Shown: positions 28,223 to 38,345 of the stretch, in pieces
Layout of the letters: each line of letters begins with the position of its first letter
Numbering within the stretch: position 1 is the first letter of the stretch
NCBI GenBank assembly: GCA_964545345.1
Contig: CAZJFE010000001.1
Span: 15,360 to 79,359, forward strand
DNA length: 64,000 nt
Direction of reading: 5' to 3'
Source of the DNA: an uncultured Candidatus Saccharibacteria bacterium
GTDB lineage: Bacteria > Patescibacteriota > Minisyncoccia > UBA6257 > WO2-44-18
The notes under the pieces: model-generated
What the model saw: the letters and a program-made list of their open reading frames with translations, nothing else
The model's database searches: none
Told to the model about the DNA's origin: nothing
Made by a program: the position numbers and the translations under genes

Positions 28223-29223
28223 TGCTTTCAACGGATGCTCAGGTTTGCAATGAAGGGAGCGCTGTGCGCGCCCGTGTTTTGGAGTATGGCAAATTGTTTG
28301 AGGAACTCCATGTGATTGTTTATACCCGCCCCGGAAAGAAAGAGGAGGTAATAGGCAACGTCCATCTCTGGCCAACTAATAATCGGTTAAAATTTGGGTA
28401 TTTCGGAAGGGCGCTGAAGCTCGGGAAGAATCTTCTCAAAGCGGGAGGCGATTGGGTGGTTTCTTCACAGGATCCATTTGAGACTGGCTGGGTAGCTTAT
28501 CAATTGAAGAAGATCTTTGGTGTCCCTTTTCAAGCCCAGATCCATACCGATTTTTTAAGTCCTTACTTTGTTTTGGGATCGTTCAAAAACCGAGTTAGAG
28601 TTTTGCTGGCTCAGTGGTTAGTAAAGCGCGCTGACCGTGTGCGGGTTGTTTCCGATCGCATTAAAAGATCCCTGATTGCGCTCGATTCTAATTTGGAGAA
28701 AAAGACTATTGTCTTGCCGATATTCGTAGATGTGGAGAAGATTCGTGCTACAGCCCCTGATTTGGGACTACAGAAGAGATATAAATCCAACGGTGAATTT
28801 CTGATTTTGACCGTTGCCAGAGATGCACCAGAAAAAAGTTTAAGCTTAGCTGAGAAAATCGTTGATGCATTGAAGAAAAATAATCCGAAGCTTGATTGGC
28901 TACTGATCAGCAATGCATCATCGGCGCTTCCTTACTATAAAATTGCTGATTTATTTTTACTAACCTCTAACTATGAGGGCTACGGAATGGCGGCGGTGGA
29001 GGCGGCCGCGGCCGGTATTCCAGTAGTGATGACTGATGTCGGCGTGGCGTTGGGGGCGACTTTTCCTGTTGGCGATAAAGCAAAAGCTGTAGAGATAATT
29101 GAAGGTTTGATAAAGAATTCTGAGAAGCGCCGGCAGTTAGTTGAGAAACAGAATGAGTTTTTCCGGAATTGGCCGACTAAGCAGCAATATTTAGAAAGGT
29201 ATAAAGCCAGCTTAACTTTTTAA
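28210..29223 (+). CDS. GT4 glycosyltransferase
   Basis: QDPFETG, EGYGMAAVEAAAAG. ATG 28210 is preferred as start. Confidence 0.88.
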   Translation: MRILMLSTDAQVCNEGSAVRARVLEYGKLFEELHVIVYTRPGKKEEVIGNVHLWPTNNRLKFGYFGRALKLGKNLLKAGGDWVVSSQDPFETGWVAYQLKKIFGVPFQAQIHTDFLSPYFVLGSFKNRVRVLLAQWLVKRADRVRVVSDRIKRSLIALDSNLEKKTIVLPIFVDVEKIRATAPDLGLQKRYKSNGEFLILTVARDAPEKSLSLAEKIVDALKKNNPKLDWLLISNASSALPYYKIADLFLLTSNYEGYGMAAVEAAAAGIPVVMTDVGVALGATFPVGDKAKAVEIIEGLIKNSEKRRQLVEKQNEFFRNWPTKQQYLERYKASLTF

Positions 29224-29229
29224 TATGAA

Positions 29230-29339
29230 ATCCCGTTAGAAATTCTACTCAATAAAGTTATAAAGAAAATATGATAATTATCCAAAGAAAATTAAGGTTT
29301 AGCCAAAGGTCATTGTTTGGTCAATATTTCTAACGGGAT
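29230..29339. mobile_element. MITE-like element, intergenic copy
   Basis: ATCCCGTTAGAAAT...ATTTCTAACGGGAT inverted ends. ATGAAA occurs at both junctions. Confidence 0.7.
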
Positions 29340-30405
29340 GAAAATTTTATTTATTACTCAAAAAGCGGATAAAAATGATGACGTGCTTGGGGTCTATCAT
29401 CGTTGGATAGAGGGGCTTGCTCAACATTTCGAGAAAGTTTCTGTCATTTGTTTATACAAAGGGCAGACGGCGCTTCCGGAGAATGTATCAGTCTATTCTT
29501 TGGGTAAAGAACTGGCTGTCAGTTCTCAGTGGCAGTACGCGCTTCGCTTCCTGAAATTGATCTGGCAATTAAGGAATGATTATGACCGGGTTTTCGTTCA
29601 TATGAATCCGGAATATGTGGTTTTAGGCGGATTATTTTGGAAATTATCCAGGAAAAAAGTTGTGCTTTGGTATGCTCACTATCTGAGCAATTTGAAACTA
29701 AGAATCGCGGTTTTGTTGGCGGATCGGGTCGTTACTTCAATTCGTTTAGCGTTTCCCTTTCCGACAAAAAAGTTACAGGTTTTACAACAAGGGATTGACA
29801 CTATGCTTTTCTCTCCAGCTAAAACCGCTCAGTCGTCTTCTGATAACTTGAACGTATTATTCTTAGGCAGGATCGCTCCGGTAAAGAATTTGGATGTTCT
29901 CGTGAGGGCCATCCAGCTCGCGCGTCAGCGGATTCCGGTCAAACTTTCAGTAGTGGGGGCGCCGACTCTGGGGCGTTCCGCGGAGCGTGGTTATTATACG
30001 GGGATTAAAAAATTAGTGGACGATCTGGGCTTAGCCGGCTTAGTGAACTTTCATAATCCGGTGGCGAATAAGGATACGCCGGCAATTTACCGGAAGCATG
30101 ATTTGTTTGTTAACCTTACGGTAACCGGAAGTTTTGATAAGAGTACGCTGGAAGCGATGGCTTGTGGAATTCCAGTGCTGATAAGCAACCTTGCCTTTCG
30201 AGATATCCTGGGACCAGAGTTGAGCAACCAGTTGATGTTTAAAGAAGGAGACCATCGGGATTTAGCGGACAAAATTTCTCAAATCGCCGCGCTGAGCGTT
30301 GAGGATCGGGAGAAGCTTGGAGGAAGATTAAGAGAGATTATTGTGAATCAGCATGACCTCGGTAGGTTAGTGATTCGCCTTGCCGAGACCATTAAGACTA
30401 TTTAA
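29338..30405 (+). CDS. GT4 glycosyltransferase
   Basis: MKILFITQ, FLGRIAPVKN, SFDKSTLEAMACG. Confidence 0.9.
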   Translation: MKILFITQKADKNDDVLGVYHRWIEGLAQHFEKVSVICLYKGQTALPENVSVYSLGKELAVSSQWQYALRFLKLIWQLRNDYDRVFVHMNPEYVVLGGLFWKLSRKKVVLWYAHYLSNLKLRIAVLLADRVVTSIRLAFPFPTKKLQVLQQGIDTMLFSPAKTAQSSSDNLNVLFLGRIAPVKNLDVLVRAIQLARQRIPVKLSVVGAPTLGRSAERGYYTGIKKLVDDLGLAGLVNFHNPVANKDTPAIYRKHDLFVNLTVTGSFDKSTLEAMACGIPVLISNLAFRDILGPELSNQLMFKEGDHRDLADKISQIAALSVEDREKLGGRLREIIVNQHDLGRLVIRLAETIKTI

Positions 30406-30410
30406 TCCAA

Positions 30411-31808
30411 ATGATTATTGATGAATCAGATCGCAAACACAGTTTCCTCCACTATTTTCTAAAGGGGGAGGCAACTAAAAGAGTTTTTGACGGCATTTCA
30501 ACGGCGGTAGGTTTGGTTAATTCCTATTTCATTATTTCTAATCTTTCGGTTTTTCACTTCGGATTGTATCAGTTGATGCTCTCGCTGGTTTCCATATTAG
30601 ATAATTTCAATTTGGATGTGATTGATGGCGTAGTACAAATAGACATGCGAAGAAGCTTCAATGTCGGCAACCGGTCTGCCGCTAAACGTCTTTATTGGGA
30701 CTACGCCAAGATCAAGTTAGGTATTTCTGTGGTTTTCGCGACAGCCGTGTTTTTTGGATCTTCTTTGATCTCCAAATATTACGGCGAGGATCTGGGATTA
30801 TTTATCCGGATATCCAGCTTCCTTTTGATTTTTAGAGCCCTTCAATCATTGGAGACAATGCTTCTAAAGTCCCTGCTCACTTTTTCTTATTGGTCCTATC
30901 CGGCCATTCGTGAATCCGCTAAGTTGTTGTTTGTTCTCGGGTTTTTGTTTTTTTCCGGCCAATTCACTATCACTCAGGTTATCACCGCTCACGTGATTGC
31001 TGACGGCGTGGCGGTTGTGGTGATGACGCTGACGCTTTTTATTAATAAATATCGCAAAGCTTTTATGGGCGTGGTGATGGAATCCAAATCGTTAGTATGG
31101 GGGGTTGTCAGCACCTACGGGAAATGGGCAATGTTACGCTACCTATTCTCCAAAGTCAGCAAAAATTCCACTCCTTGGCTGATTAAATATTTCATTAACA
31201 CCGAAGCAGTCGCCTTCTATGCGTTAGCAGTTAACCTAATCGCGTTTATTGAAAACTTTTTCCCGATGGATGGTTTAGCCCAAATATTGGCTTTCAAGGC
31301 GGACAACCTAGGGCAGATTTCTTCTATCTTTAAGAGGGCGGTTAAGTACGCGTTTTGGTTAGGGGTGATATTTATGATTGGCGGGGCGGTGGTTGCCGCG
31401 CCGGTTGTGGTATTTATCTTTCCAAAGTATGGACCAGCGATGCCGGTTTTCTACGTTATGCTTCTCGCTTTGCCGGTGTTTGGACTCTATAAGATTTTAA
31501 AGAGTACCCTGACGGTTCTCAGAGAGCAGAAGATTTTGACCATGAGGGTCTTTAATGAGGCGGTGTTGATCCCCGCCACTTTAGTTATTTTCTTGCCGTT
31601 CTTTCGGTTGGTTGGAGCCGGCTTCACTTACGCCTTACTGTATTTGGAGCGTTCTTGGTTTTTCTACAGTCAATTGGTCAAAAAATACCCGGATTTCAAA
31701 ATTAAGCCCTGGCAGTTTCTAAGATTTGACCGAGCTGATCGCGATCTGTTAGAAAGGGTGATTGCCGATCCCTGGAGAAAGGCGAAGAACTTAATCGGGG
31801 TTGAATAA
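30411..31808 (+). CDS. Wzx-type oligosaccharide flippase
   Basis: About 12 TM segments, FGLYQL and VAFYALA motifs, located in the glycan cluster. Confidence 0.8.
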   Translation: MIIDESDRKHSFLHYFLKGEATKRVFDGISTAVGLVNSYFIISNLSVFHFGLYQLMLSLVSILDNFNLDVIDGVVQIDMRRSFNVGNRSAAKRLYWDYAKIKLGISVVFATAVFFGSSLISKYYGEDLGLFIRISSFLLIFRALQSLETMLLKSLLTFSYWSYPAIRESAKLLFVLGFLFFSGQFTITQVITAHVIADGVAVVVMTLTLFINKYRKAFMGVVMESKSLVWGVVSTYGKWAMLRYLFSKVSKNSTPWLIKYFINTEAVAFYALAVNLIAFIENFFPMDGLAQILAFKADNLGQISSIFKRAVKYAFWLGVIFMIGGAVVAAPVVVFIFPKYGPAMPVFYVMLLALPVFGLYKILKSTLTVLREQKILTMRVFNEAVLIPATLVIFLPFFRLVGAGFTYALLYLERSWFFYSQLVKKYPDFKIKPWQFLRFDRADRDLLERVIADPWRKAKNLIGVE

Positions 31809-31810
31809 CT

Positions 31811-32971
31811 ATGGGGCAAAAAAGAAAAATTTGTTTGTTTTCTGGCAAGCGCGGCGGGTTCGGCGCTTATTTGCCGTTGATGCGATTAATTGACGCTGAC
31901 CCGGACCTGGAATTACAGATTCTTCTGGGCGATATGCACGCTTCAAAAGAATTTGGCCAGACCGTTGATGAAGCCAGAAAGTTCTTTCCGGAAGCGAAAA
32001 TAGAGGTTATTGAGATGGGCGCCGGTCGCGGTGATAGTCCGGTAGTTCGGGCGGAGAATTTGGGAATGTGTCTGCAGAAAGCTCCGGCGATTTTAGAGAA
32101 GCTAGGGCCGGATTTGGTTTTAGTCCATGGCGACAGGGCGGAGCATTTAATGGTGGCGCTGGCGGCGCTCAATCTTGGTATTCCGGTGGGCCACACTCAA
32201 GGAGGAGAGGTCTCGGGGAACATTGATGATGTTCAGCGGCATGCCATTACCAAGCTGGCCCATCTGCATTTTCCGGAGACGGAAGCCGCCGCCGATCGTT
32301 TGAAGAAACTTGGAGAAGAAACTTGGAGGATTAACGTGGTCGGTTCTACTTACATAGATCGGATCGCGAAGAAGATGTATACACCAACTTCGGAAGCCAG
32401 AGCAAAGTATGGTTTGGAGCCAGAAGAAAAATATTTCTTGGTAATTTTCCACCCGGACACTTATCTTTCTCGTGAAGAAAATTATCAGGCGGCTAAAAAT
32501 ATTTTGGCGGCCATGAAAGATTCGGGATATAAGGCGGCTATCACCTATCCTTGCTCCGACCCCGGCTATCAGGGGGTTTTAGACGCGATGGCGGAAGTTA
32601 AGAATGATCCGCAATTTTTAATTTACAAAAATATAGATAATTTAGATTTTTTGGGATTAATGGCTGGCGCGCGGGCGATCTTGGGTAATTCCTCTTCAGC
32701 TATCGTAGAGGCGCCATATTTCCAGTTGGCGGCCGTTAACGTTGGAAAGCGTCAGATGGGACGTGACCGAGAGGAAAATGTAGTTGATTGTGAGGCGACC
32801 GTTGACGGCATCAAATCCAAGATAAGATTTGTTTTGGAGGATTCAAGTTTCCGGGAGAAATTGAAGCAATGCGGCTACCGGTTGGGAAACGGGCAAGCCG
32901 CCGAAAAAATCCTCGCTGTGTTGAAGACCGCCGAAATCAACGAAAAGTTGCTCAAAAAGCGCCTTGTCTAA
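31811..32971 (+). CDS. neuC: UDP-GlcNAc 2-epimerase (hydrolysing), NeuC/LegG type
   Basis: HGDRAE, HTQGGEVSGNIDD..RHAITKLAHLHF, GNSSS, GKRQMGR. Confidence 0.9.
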   Translation: MGQKRKICLFSGKRGGFGAYLPLMRLIDADPDLELQILLGDMHASKEFGQTVDEARKFFPEAKIEVIEMGAGRGDSPVVRAENLGMCLQKAPAILEKLGPDLVLVHGDRAEHLMVALAALNLGIPVGHTQGGEVSGNIDDVQRHAITKLAHLHFPETEAAADRLKKLGEETWRINVVGSTYIDRIAKKMYTPTSEARAKYGLEPEEKYFLVIFHPDTYLSREENYQAAKNILAAMKDSGYKAAITYPCSDPGYQGVLDAMAEVKNDPQFLIYKNIDNLDFLGLMAGARAILGNSSSAIVEAPYFQLAAVNVGKRQMGRDREENVVDCEATVDGIKSKIRFVLEDSSFREKLKQCGYRLGNGQAAEKILAVLKTAEINEKLLKKRLV

Positions 32972-33000
32972 AGACGTCTTTCTTGTTAATTTATTAACTA

Positions 33001-34167
33001 ATGAATTCCAAGCCAAAAGTTTTGATTTTAGGCGGCGATGGCTATTTGGGTTGGCCGACAGCCATGCATTTTGCTCGCCAGGGGTATCAGGTTGCGATTG
33101 CCGATAATATGTCCAAGCGTGTCTGGGAGGCCGAGCTCGGCACGGCGCCGCTTTGGAGCATCCCATTGGTTCATAAGCGGGTTCGTTTATGGAAGGACAA
33201 AGCTGGTCATGAGATAAAACTTTATATTGGTGACATTGCGCAGAATCATCGTTTTGTTTACAAAATGTTTGAGGAATTCCGTCCGGATGCTGTAGTGCAT
33301 TACGCGGAACAGCCATCCGCTCCTTATTCCATGCACAGCCGAGAGAAAGCGGTGAACACTCAGGTCAACAATGTGGCCGGCAACCTGAATGTTTTATTCG
33401 CGATGCGGAAATATACTCCTGATGCTCATTTGGTGAAGCTGGGAACTATGGGCGAGTATGGAACTCCGAACATTGATATTGAGGAGGGTTGGTTAGAGAT
33501 TGAGCACAAAGGCAGAAAAGATAGGGTGTTGTTCCCGAAGAAGCCGGGGTCGTTTTATCACTTAAGCAAAGTACACGACAGCCACAACATTGAATTCGCC
33601 TGCCGAATCTGGGGATTGCGAGCAACCGACCTGAACCAAGGCGTGGTCTATGGTCTTGAGACAGAGGAGACTAAGATGCATCCCGAACTTCTTACCAGTT
33701 TCCATTACGATGATGTTTTCGGTACCGCGTTAAACCGATTTTGCGTTCAGGCGGTTGCCGGTGTACCGCTCACGGTATATGGTCAAGGCGGACAAAAGCG
33801 CGGATTTTTAAATATTAGAGACACTTTGCAGTGTGTTCAAATCGCAGTTGATAATCCGGCGAAATCGGGAGAATTCCGGGTGTTCAACCAGTTCACCGAA
33901 GTTTTTTCAGTGTTGGATTTGGCCAAAACTGTTCAGCAAGCTAGCGAGGCCTTAGGTATCAAGGTTTCCATCAACAATATTCCTAATCCACGAGTAGAGG
34001 CCGAACAGCATTATTACAATCCGAAAAATGATTCATTGCTTAAGTTGGGATTAAAGCCCCGCAATCTCTCTAATGAGCTGATCAATTCCATGCTGGTGAA
34101 TATCCAAAAATCCAAGGATCAGATTGAGCACCACACGATTTTGCCGAAGATCACTTGGAAACAGTAA
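33001..34167 (+). CDS. sqdB: UDP-sulfoquinovose synthase
   Basis: GGDGYLGWPTA, EQPSAPYSM, HLVKLGTMGEYGTPN, YHLSKVHDS, TDLNQGVVYG, FNQFTE. Confidence 0.95.
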   Translation: MNSKPKVLILGGDGYLGWPTAMHFARQGYQVAIADNMSKRVWEAELGTAPLWSIPLVHKRVRLWKDKAGHEIKLYIGDIAQNHRFVYKMFEEFRPDAVVHYAEQPSAPYSMHSREKAVNTQVNNVAGNLNVLFAMRKYTPDAHLVKLGTMGEYGTPNIDIEEGWLEIEHKGRKDRVLFPKKPGSFYHLSKVHDSHNIEFACRIWGLRATDLNQGVVYGLETEETKMHPELLTSFHYDDVFGTALNRFCVQAVAGVPLTVYGQGGQKRGFLNIRDTLQCVQIAVDNPAKSGEFRVFNQFTEVFSVLDLAKTVQQASEALGIKVSINNIPNPRVEAEQHYYNPKNDSLLKLGLKPRNLSNELINSMLVNIQKSKDQIEHHTILPKITWKQ

Positions 34168-34883
34168 TGTCTAATAATCCGAAAGTTTTAGCGATTATTC
34201 CAGCGAGAGGCGGTTCCAAATCCATTCCCCATAAAAATATTGTTTCGTTAGCGGGCAAACCACTTTTGAGTTATGCGGTTAATGCGATCAAAGCGAGCAA
34301 ATCCGTGAATCGTCTGATCGTGGACACCGATGATCAGAAAATCGCCGATGTGGCGAAAGTTTTGGGGGCGGAGGTTCCGTATTTACGACCGGCCGAGCTT
34401 GCCACCGACACCGCCGCCACGATGCCAGTACTGCGTAATTCGTTGGAATGGTTAGCGAAAAATGAAAATTATTTCCCGGATTATATACTGTTGGTTCAAG
34501 CCACTTCCCCGTTTATTAAAACCTCCGAAATTGAAGCCGCGATTGATCTGATAAAAAAGAATTCCGAAGCCGACTCTGTTACCAGTGTTATTGAGGTGCC
34601 AAACAATTTTCATCCGATTAACTCCCGACTGATCACCGATGATGGCTGGTTGCAATTCGTGGATTCGGTTGAGCGGGCGAAATATAACCAGCGGCAGTCC
34701 AAGCCGAAGCGATACGCGATCGGTAATCTCTGGGTCTTTACGCCCGAAGTGATACAAAAAAAAGATATTCCGATCGGTGATCACTGCTTGCCACTGATTA
34801 TTAAGCCGATGAGCGCTTTTGACATTGATACTCCGGAGGACCTAGAGGTCGCCGAAGCGCTTTTACCAATCGCTTTACGATGA
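34167..34883 (+). CDS. neuA: Acylneuraminate (nonulosonate) cytidylyltransferase
   Basis: IIPARGGSKSIPHKN, LRPAELATD, QATSPF, DIDTPED. Confidence 0.9.
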   Translation: MSNNPKVLAIIPARGGSKSIPHKNIVSLAGKPLLSYAVNAIKASKSVNRLIVDTDDQKIADVAKVLGAEVPYLRPAELATDTAATMPVLRNSLEWLAKNENYFPDYILLVQATSPFIKTSEIEAAIDLIKKNSEADSVTSVIEVPNNFHPINSRLITDDGWLQFVDSVERAKYNQRQSKPKRYAIGNLWVFTPEVIQKKDIPIGDHCLPLIIKPMSAFDIDTPEDLEVAEALLPIALR

Positions 34884-36235
34884 GGACTATTTTTTTAACT
34901 GCTTTCACTAATTTTGTTGTCCGAAATATTTTGGACACGGAAGTTCTGGGCATTTTGAAGTCCGATCCGAATTTGAGGATTGTTATTTTAGCCCCTGATG
35001 AGGAAAGAGATTATTTGGCCAAGCATTTTTCTTCCAACAATGTATTAGTTGAGGGGGTCAGGATGTTGCCGGTTGGCACCACGAAAGCTCTGATTAGTTT
35101 TATCTGTCGGTCTCTAGTTAAGACTTATACCACCGAGATGTTCGCCAAACTGCGCTATAGCCGTCTGGAGTATTTTTGGTACTATTTTCTCGTTAACGTA
35201 TTAGCTGGGCGAGTTTGGTTCATGAAGTTCATGCGTTTTCTAGACAATCTTCTGCTCACTAAGGATCGTTTTGCTACTTATTTTGAAAAATATCAGCCAT
35301 CGTTAGTTTTTTCTACCGACATCACCGATCGGAGCACCGGGGAGAGTGATATTGATCTGATTCGTGAGGCGAAGCATCGGGGTGTTCCGGTTGTTGGTAT
35401 GGTACGTTCCTGGGATAATCTTACTTCCAGGGGGATTATTCGGCAGGTCCCGGACAAAATAATTCTGCATAATGAAATTTTGAAGAATGAGTGTGTGAAA
35501 TATCACGGTATAACGCCGGAGAAGATTATTGTCACGGGTATACCCCATTACGACAACTACCTGAAAGTTAAAAAACTTTCTAGGGAAGAATTTTACCGAC
35601 CCCTTGGCCTCGATCCTAATAAAAAGACTGTATTTTTTGTAGTGACGGCCGATGGCTTCCTGGAAAAGCAGTTTGGCGGCCGCAAGCCGACTATTAATCG
35701 GCATATTTTGGAGCAATTAACCAAATTAAATTCGGACAAATATCAAATTCTAGTTCGCTTCCCCTTAATCGGAACGGTTGATCTTGGAGATTTCAAAACA
35801 CCGGCTAATATGGTTTTTGATCATCCGGGGAAACTGTTTGGCAAGGGAGAGTTGGATCGTGACTCGGATTACCACCTGATTAATTCTTTGTATCACTGCG
35901 ACGTTGGTATTCCTGGTCCCTCAACCATTGCGGCCGACACTCTAATTTTTGATAAACCACTAATAGTGGTCGGTTTTGATAAAGAAAAAGATTTGCCCAT
36001 GGAGGCGAGTATGAGAAAGTTTCTAGCTTTGGAGCATCTTCGGCCGCTTACCGATCTTGGCGCGGCTAGGATCGCCAATGACGAATCGGAGTTGGCCGAT
36101 CTGCTGAATAAGTATTTAGAAAATCCTAAGTCCGACGCGGAAAATCGCCAAAAGGCGATTGAGGCAATTTGCTGGAGATTAGATGGCCAGGCGAGTGAAC
36201 GAGTGGCGCAGTCTATTTTGTCGGGGTTGCGCTAG
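34880..36235 (+). CDS. GT-B fold protein, CDP-glycerol glycerophosphotransferase-like (SWDN paralog 1)
   Basis: VRSWDNLTSRG, TGIPHYD, STIAAD..IFDKP, DGQASER. Confidence 0.7.
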   Translation: MRTIFLTAFTNFVVRNILDTEVLGILKSDPNLRIVILAPDEERDYLAKHFSSNNVLVEGVRMLPVGTTKALISFICRSLVKTYTTEMFAKLRYSRLEYFWYYFLVNVLAGRVWFMKFMRFLDNLLLTKDRFATYFEKYQPSLVFSTDITDRSTGESDIDLIREAKHRGVPVVGMVRSWDNLTSRGIIRQVPDKIILHNEILKNECVKYHGITPEKIIVTGIPHYDNYLKVKKLSREEFYRPLGLDPNKKTVFFVVTADGFLEKQFGGRKPTINRHILEQLTKLNSDKYQILVRFPLIGTVDLGDFKTPANMVFDHPGKLFGKGELDRDSDYHLINSLYHCDVGIPGPSTIAADTLIFDKPLIVVGFDKEKDLPMEASMRKFLALEHLRPLTDLGAARIANDESELADLLNKYLENPKSDAENRQKAIEAICWRLDGQASERVAQSILSGLR

Positions 36236-36977
36236 GATCTTTTTGAATCACGTAGCAGACGTTGTAGGCCCAGCGGTATTTCAATAATTGTTCCAGTTTT
36301 GGAAATCTTTTTGCAATCCGGAACACTATCTCCCGCAGTTTTCCTTTCCAGCCGCGGAAAACTTTCGGGGTAACCAAGTACTCTATTCCTAGAACTTTAA
36401 ATCCGCGGAAAATAGTTTTTTCCAAAATTCCTTTTGGCAAGAGAGCGATGTGATTATTTTCCGGACGATAGCTGGCGAAATATCCTTTGCGCATTAAGAA
36501 ATCTACGCTTGGTCGGGATAAAACGTGGGGCGTGGTAAATAGGAAGATGCCGCCGGGCTTCAGAACTCGGTTTACTTCTCGAGACGCGTAAAAAGGGTTT
36601 TCTAAATGAGGAATTACGCACCAGGCGGTTACCGCGTCAAAGGTATTATCGGCCCAAGGAAGTTTTTCAGTGCTTAACTCGGCTAACTTATATTCTTTCA
36701 CTAGCGGCCTAACCTCAGCCGGGAGATATTCTAAAATGTCGTGCGCGTACAGGTTTTTGAAGCCCGCGTTATCTAGTTGCTGTAGAAACAGCCCGCTGGC
36801 AGTGCCCAGATCCAAAACCTTAGCTTCTTCTTTTTTCCACCCGAGGTCCTTAGCGTAAGAGTTTAGAACATCAATTCCAAAGTTGTAGCGGACGTTTTTA
36901 CCGGCGCAATTTTTCAACTTTCCCGCCACTTCGTCTTTGTGACTGCCCCGCAACTCCTCGGTTGTAAAATATTTCAT
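36213..36977 (-). CDS. Class I SAM methyltransferase
   Basis: VLDLGTASG, HLENP, RVLKPGG. Confidence 0.88.
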   Translation of the reverse strand: MKYFTTEELRGSHKDEVAGKLKNCAGKNVRYNFGIDVLNSYAKDLGWKKEEAKVLDLGTASGLFLQQLDNAGFKNLYAHDILEYLPAEVRPLVKEYKLAELSTEKLPWADNTFDAVTAWCVIPHLENPFYASREVNRVLKPGGIFLFTTPHVLSRPSVDFLMRKGYFASYRPENNHIALLPKGILEKTIFRGFKVLGIEYLVTPKVFRGWKGKLREIVFRIAKRFPKLEQLLKYRWAYNVCYVIQKDPSATPTK

Positions 36978-37086
36978 CCCGTTAGAAATATTGACCAGAC
37001 AACGATTTTATAAAATAGATTTGTTTCATATCATTATATTACCCTTTAGTCCTCCTGACTCTGTTGAGTAGAATTTCTAACGGGAT
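36976..37086. mobile_element. MITE-like element, intergenic copy (inverted relative to 29230)
   Basis: Same 14-bp inverted ends and same subterminal sequences (TTCTACTCAA, TTGTYTGGTCAATA) as the 29230 copy. Confidence 0.7.
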
Positions 37087-37133
37087 TTCATTGTAATTTA
37101 GACAAAAATAAGTTTAACTGAAAATTAATCAAA

Positions 37134-38342
37134 ATGAAAGATAAAATCCTCTCAAATCTGCTTAAAAACGAGCTTCAAAGGCAGAAAGACACGCTTAATC
37201 TTATCCCATCAGAAAACTATGTTTCTTCGGATATTTTATCAATTTTAGGCTCCCCATTAACGAACAAATACTCCGAGGGTTATCCGGGTAAACGCTATTA
37301 TCCGGGAAACCAGTTTTATGATGAAATTGAGAGGTTGGCGCAAAACCGGGCTTTGAAATTTTTTGGTCTCAAGCCAACCGAATGGCGGGCTAACGTCCAA
37401 CCCTATTCCGGTTCTCCGGCGAATCTGGCCATCTATTCTGCTTTGTTGGAAAAAGATGATGTTATTTTGAGTCTCCGCTTGGACGCGGGCGGTCATTTGA
37501 GTCACGGCCACAAAGTTAGCGCCTCGGGGAAATTTTTCAAAGTGGTTCATTATGGGGTGGGCGATGATGGCTTAGTTGATTATGAGCGCTTGGCGGAACT
37601 TGCCAGAGAAAGCAACGCTAAAATTATCGTTTCTGGTTTTACCGCCTATCCTCGGAAGGTAGATTTTTCAAAAATAGGGAAAATCGCGACTTCTGTGGGC
37701 GCCTATCATTTGGCCGACATTTCTCATATTGCCGGTCTAGTTGGGGCTGGTCTTCATCCATCACCTTTCGCGCACAGCGATGTGGTAATGACTACTACCC
37801 ACAAGACTTTACGTGGCCCCCGCGGAGCGGTCATTTTTTCTCGCTCAGAGTTAGCCGATCGTATTGATCGGGCGGTATTTCCGGGAATGCAGGGTGGGCC
37901 GCACAACAATGTGATCGCGGCCAAAGCGTTGATGTTTTTTGAGGATTCCACTTCTGCTTTCAAAAAATATCAGCAGCAGATTGTAAAAAACGCGACTGTA
38001 TTAGCCAAAGGATTAACCGGTAAGGGTTTTGATCTGTTGACCGGCGGAACGGACACCCATCTGATGCTTATTAATTTAAAGCCGGTGGGTCTAACCGGAA
38101 TGGAGGCGGAAAAGATTTTGGAAAAAAATAATATAAACGCGAACCGTAATTCCTTACCCGGTGATCCGTCGCCGTTCAACCCAACCGGTATCCGCATCGG
38201 CATTCCGGCGGCTACTACCCGGGGGATGAAGGAAAAAGAGATGGCTAAAGTTGCCGAGTTGATTCATCGGGCGCTGGTTAAAAAAGAGAATGTTTTGAAA
38301 GAAGTCGTGGCCCTTTGCAAAAAATTTCCTCTGCCTTACTAA
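37134..38342 (+). CDS. glyA: Serine hydroxymethyltransferase
   Basis: LIPSENY, NKYSEGYPGKRYY, GGHLSHG, TTTHKTLRGPRG. Confidence 0.97.
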   Translation: MKDKILSNLLKNELQRQKDTLNLIPSENYVSSDILSILGSPLTNKYSEGYPGKRYYPGNQFYDEIERLAQNRALKFFGLKPTEWRANVQPYSGSPANLAIYSALLEKDDVILSLRLDAGGHLSHGHKVSASGKFFKVVHYGVGDDGLVDYERLAELARESNAKIIVSGFTAYPRKVDFSKIGKIATSVGAYHLADISHIAGLVGAGLHPSPFAHSDVVMTTTHKTLRGPRGAVIFSRSELADRIDRAVFPGMQGGPHNNVIAAKALMFFEDSTSAFKKYQQQIVKNATVLAKGLTGKGFDLLTGGTDTHLMLINLKPVGLTGMEAEKILEKNNINANRNSLPGDPSPFNPTGIRIGIPAATTRGMKEKEMAKVAELIHRALVKKENVLKEVVALCKKFPLPY

Positions 38343-38345
38343 CTT

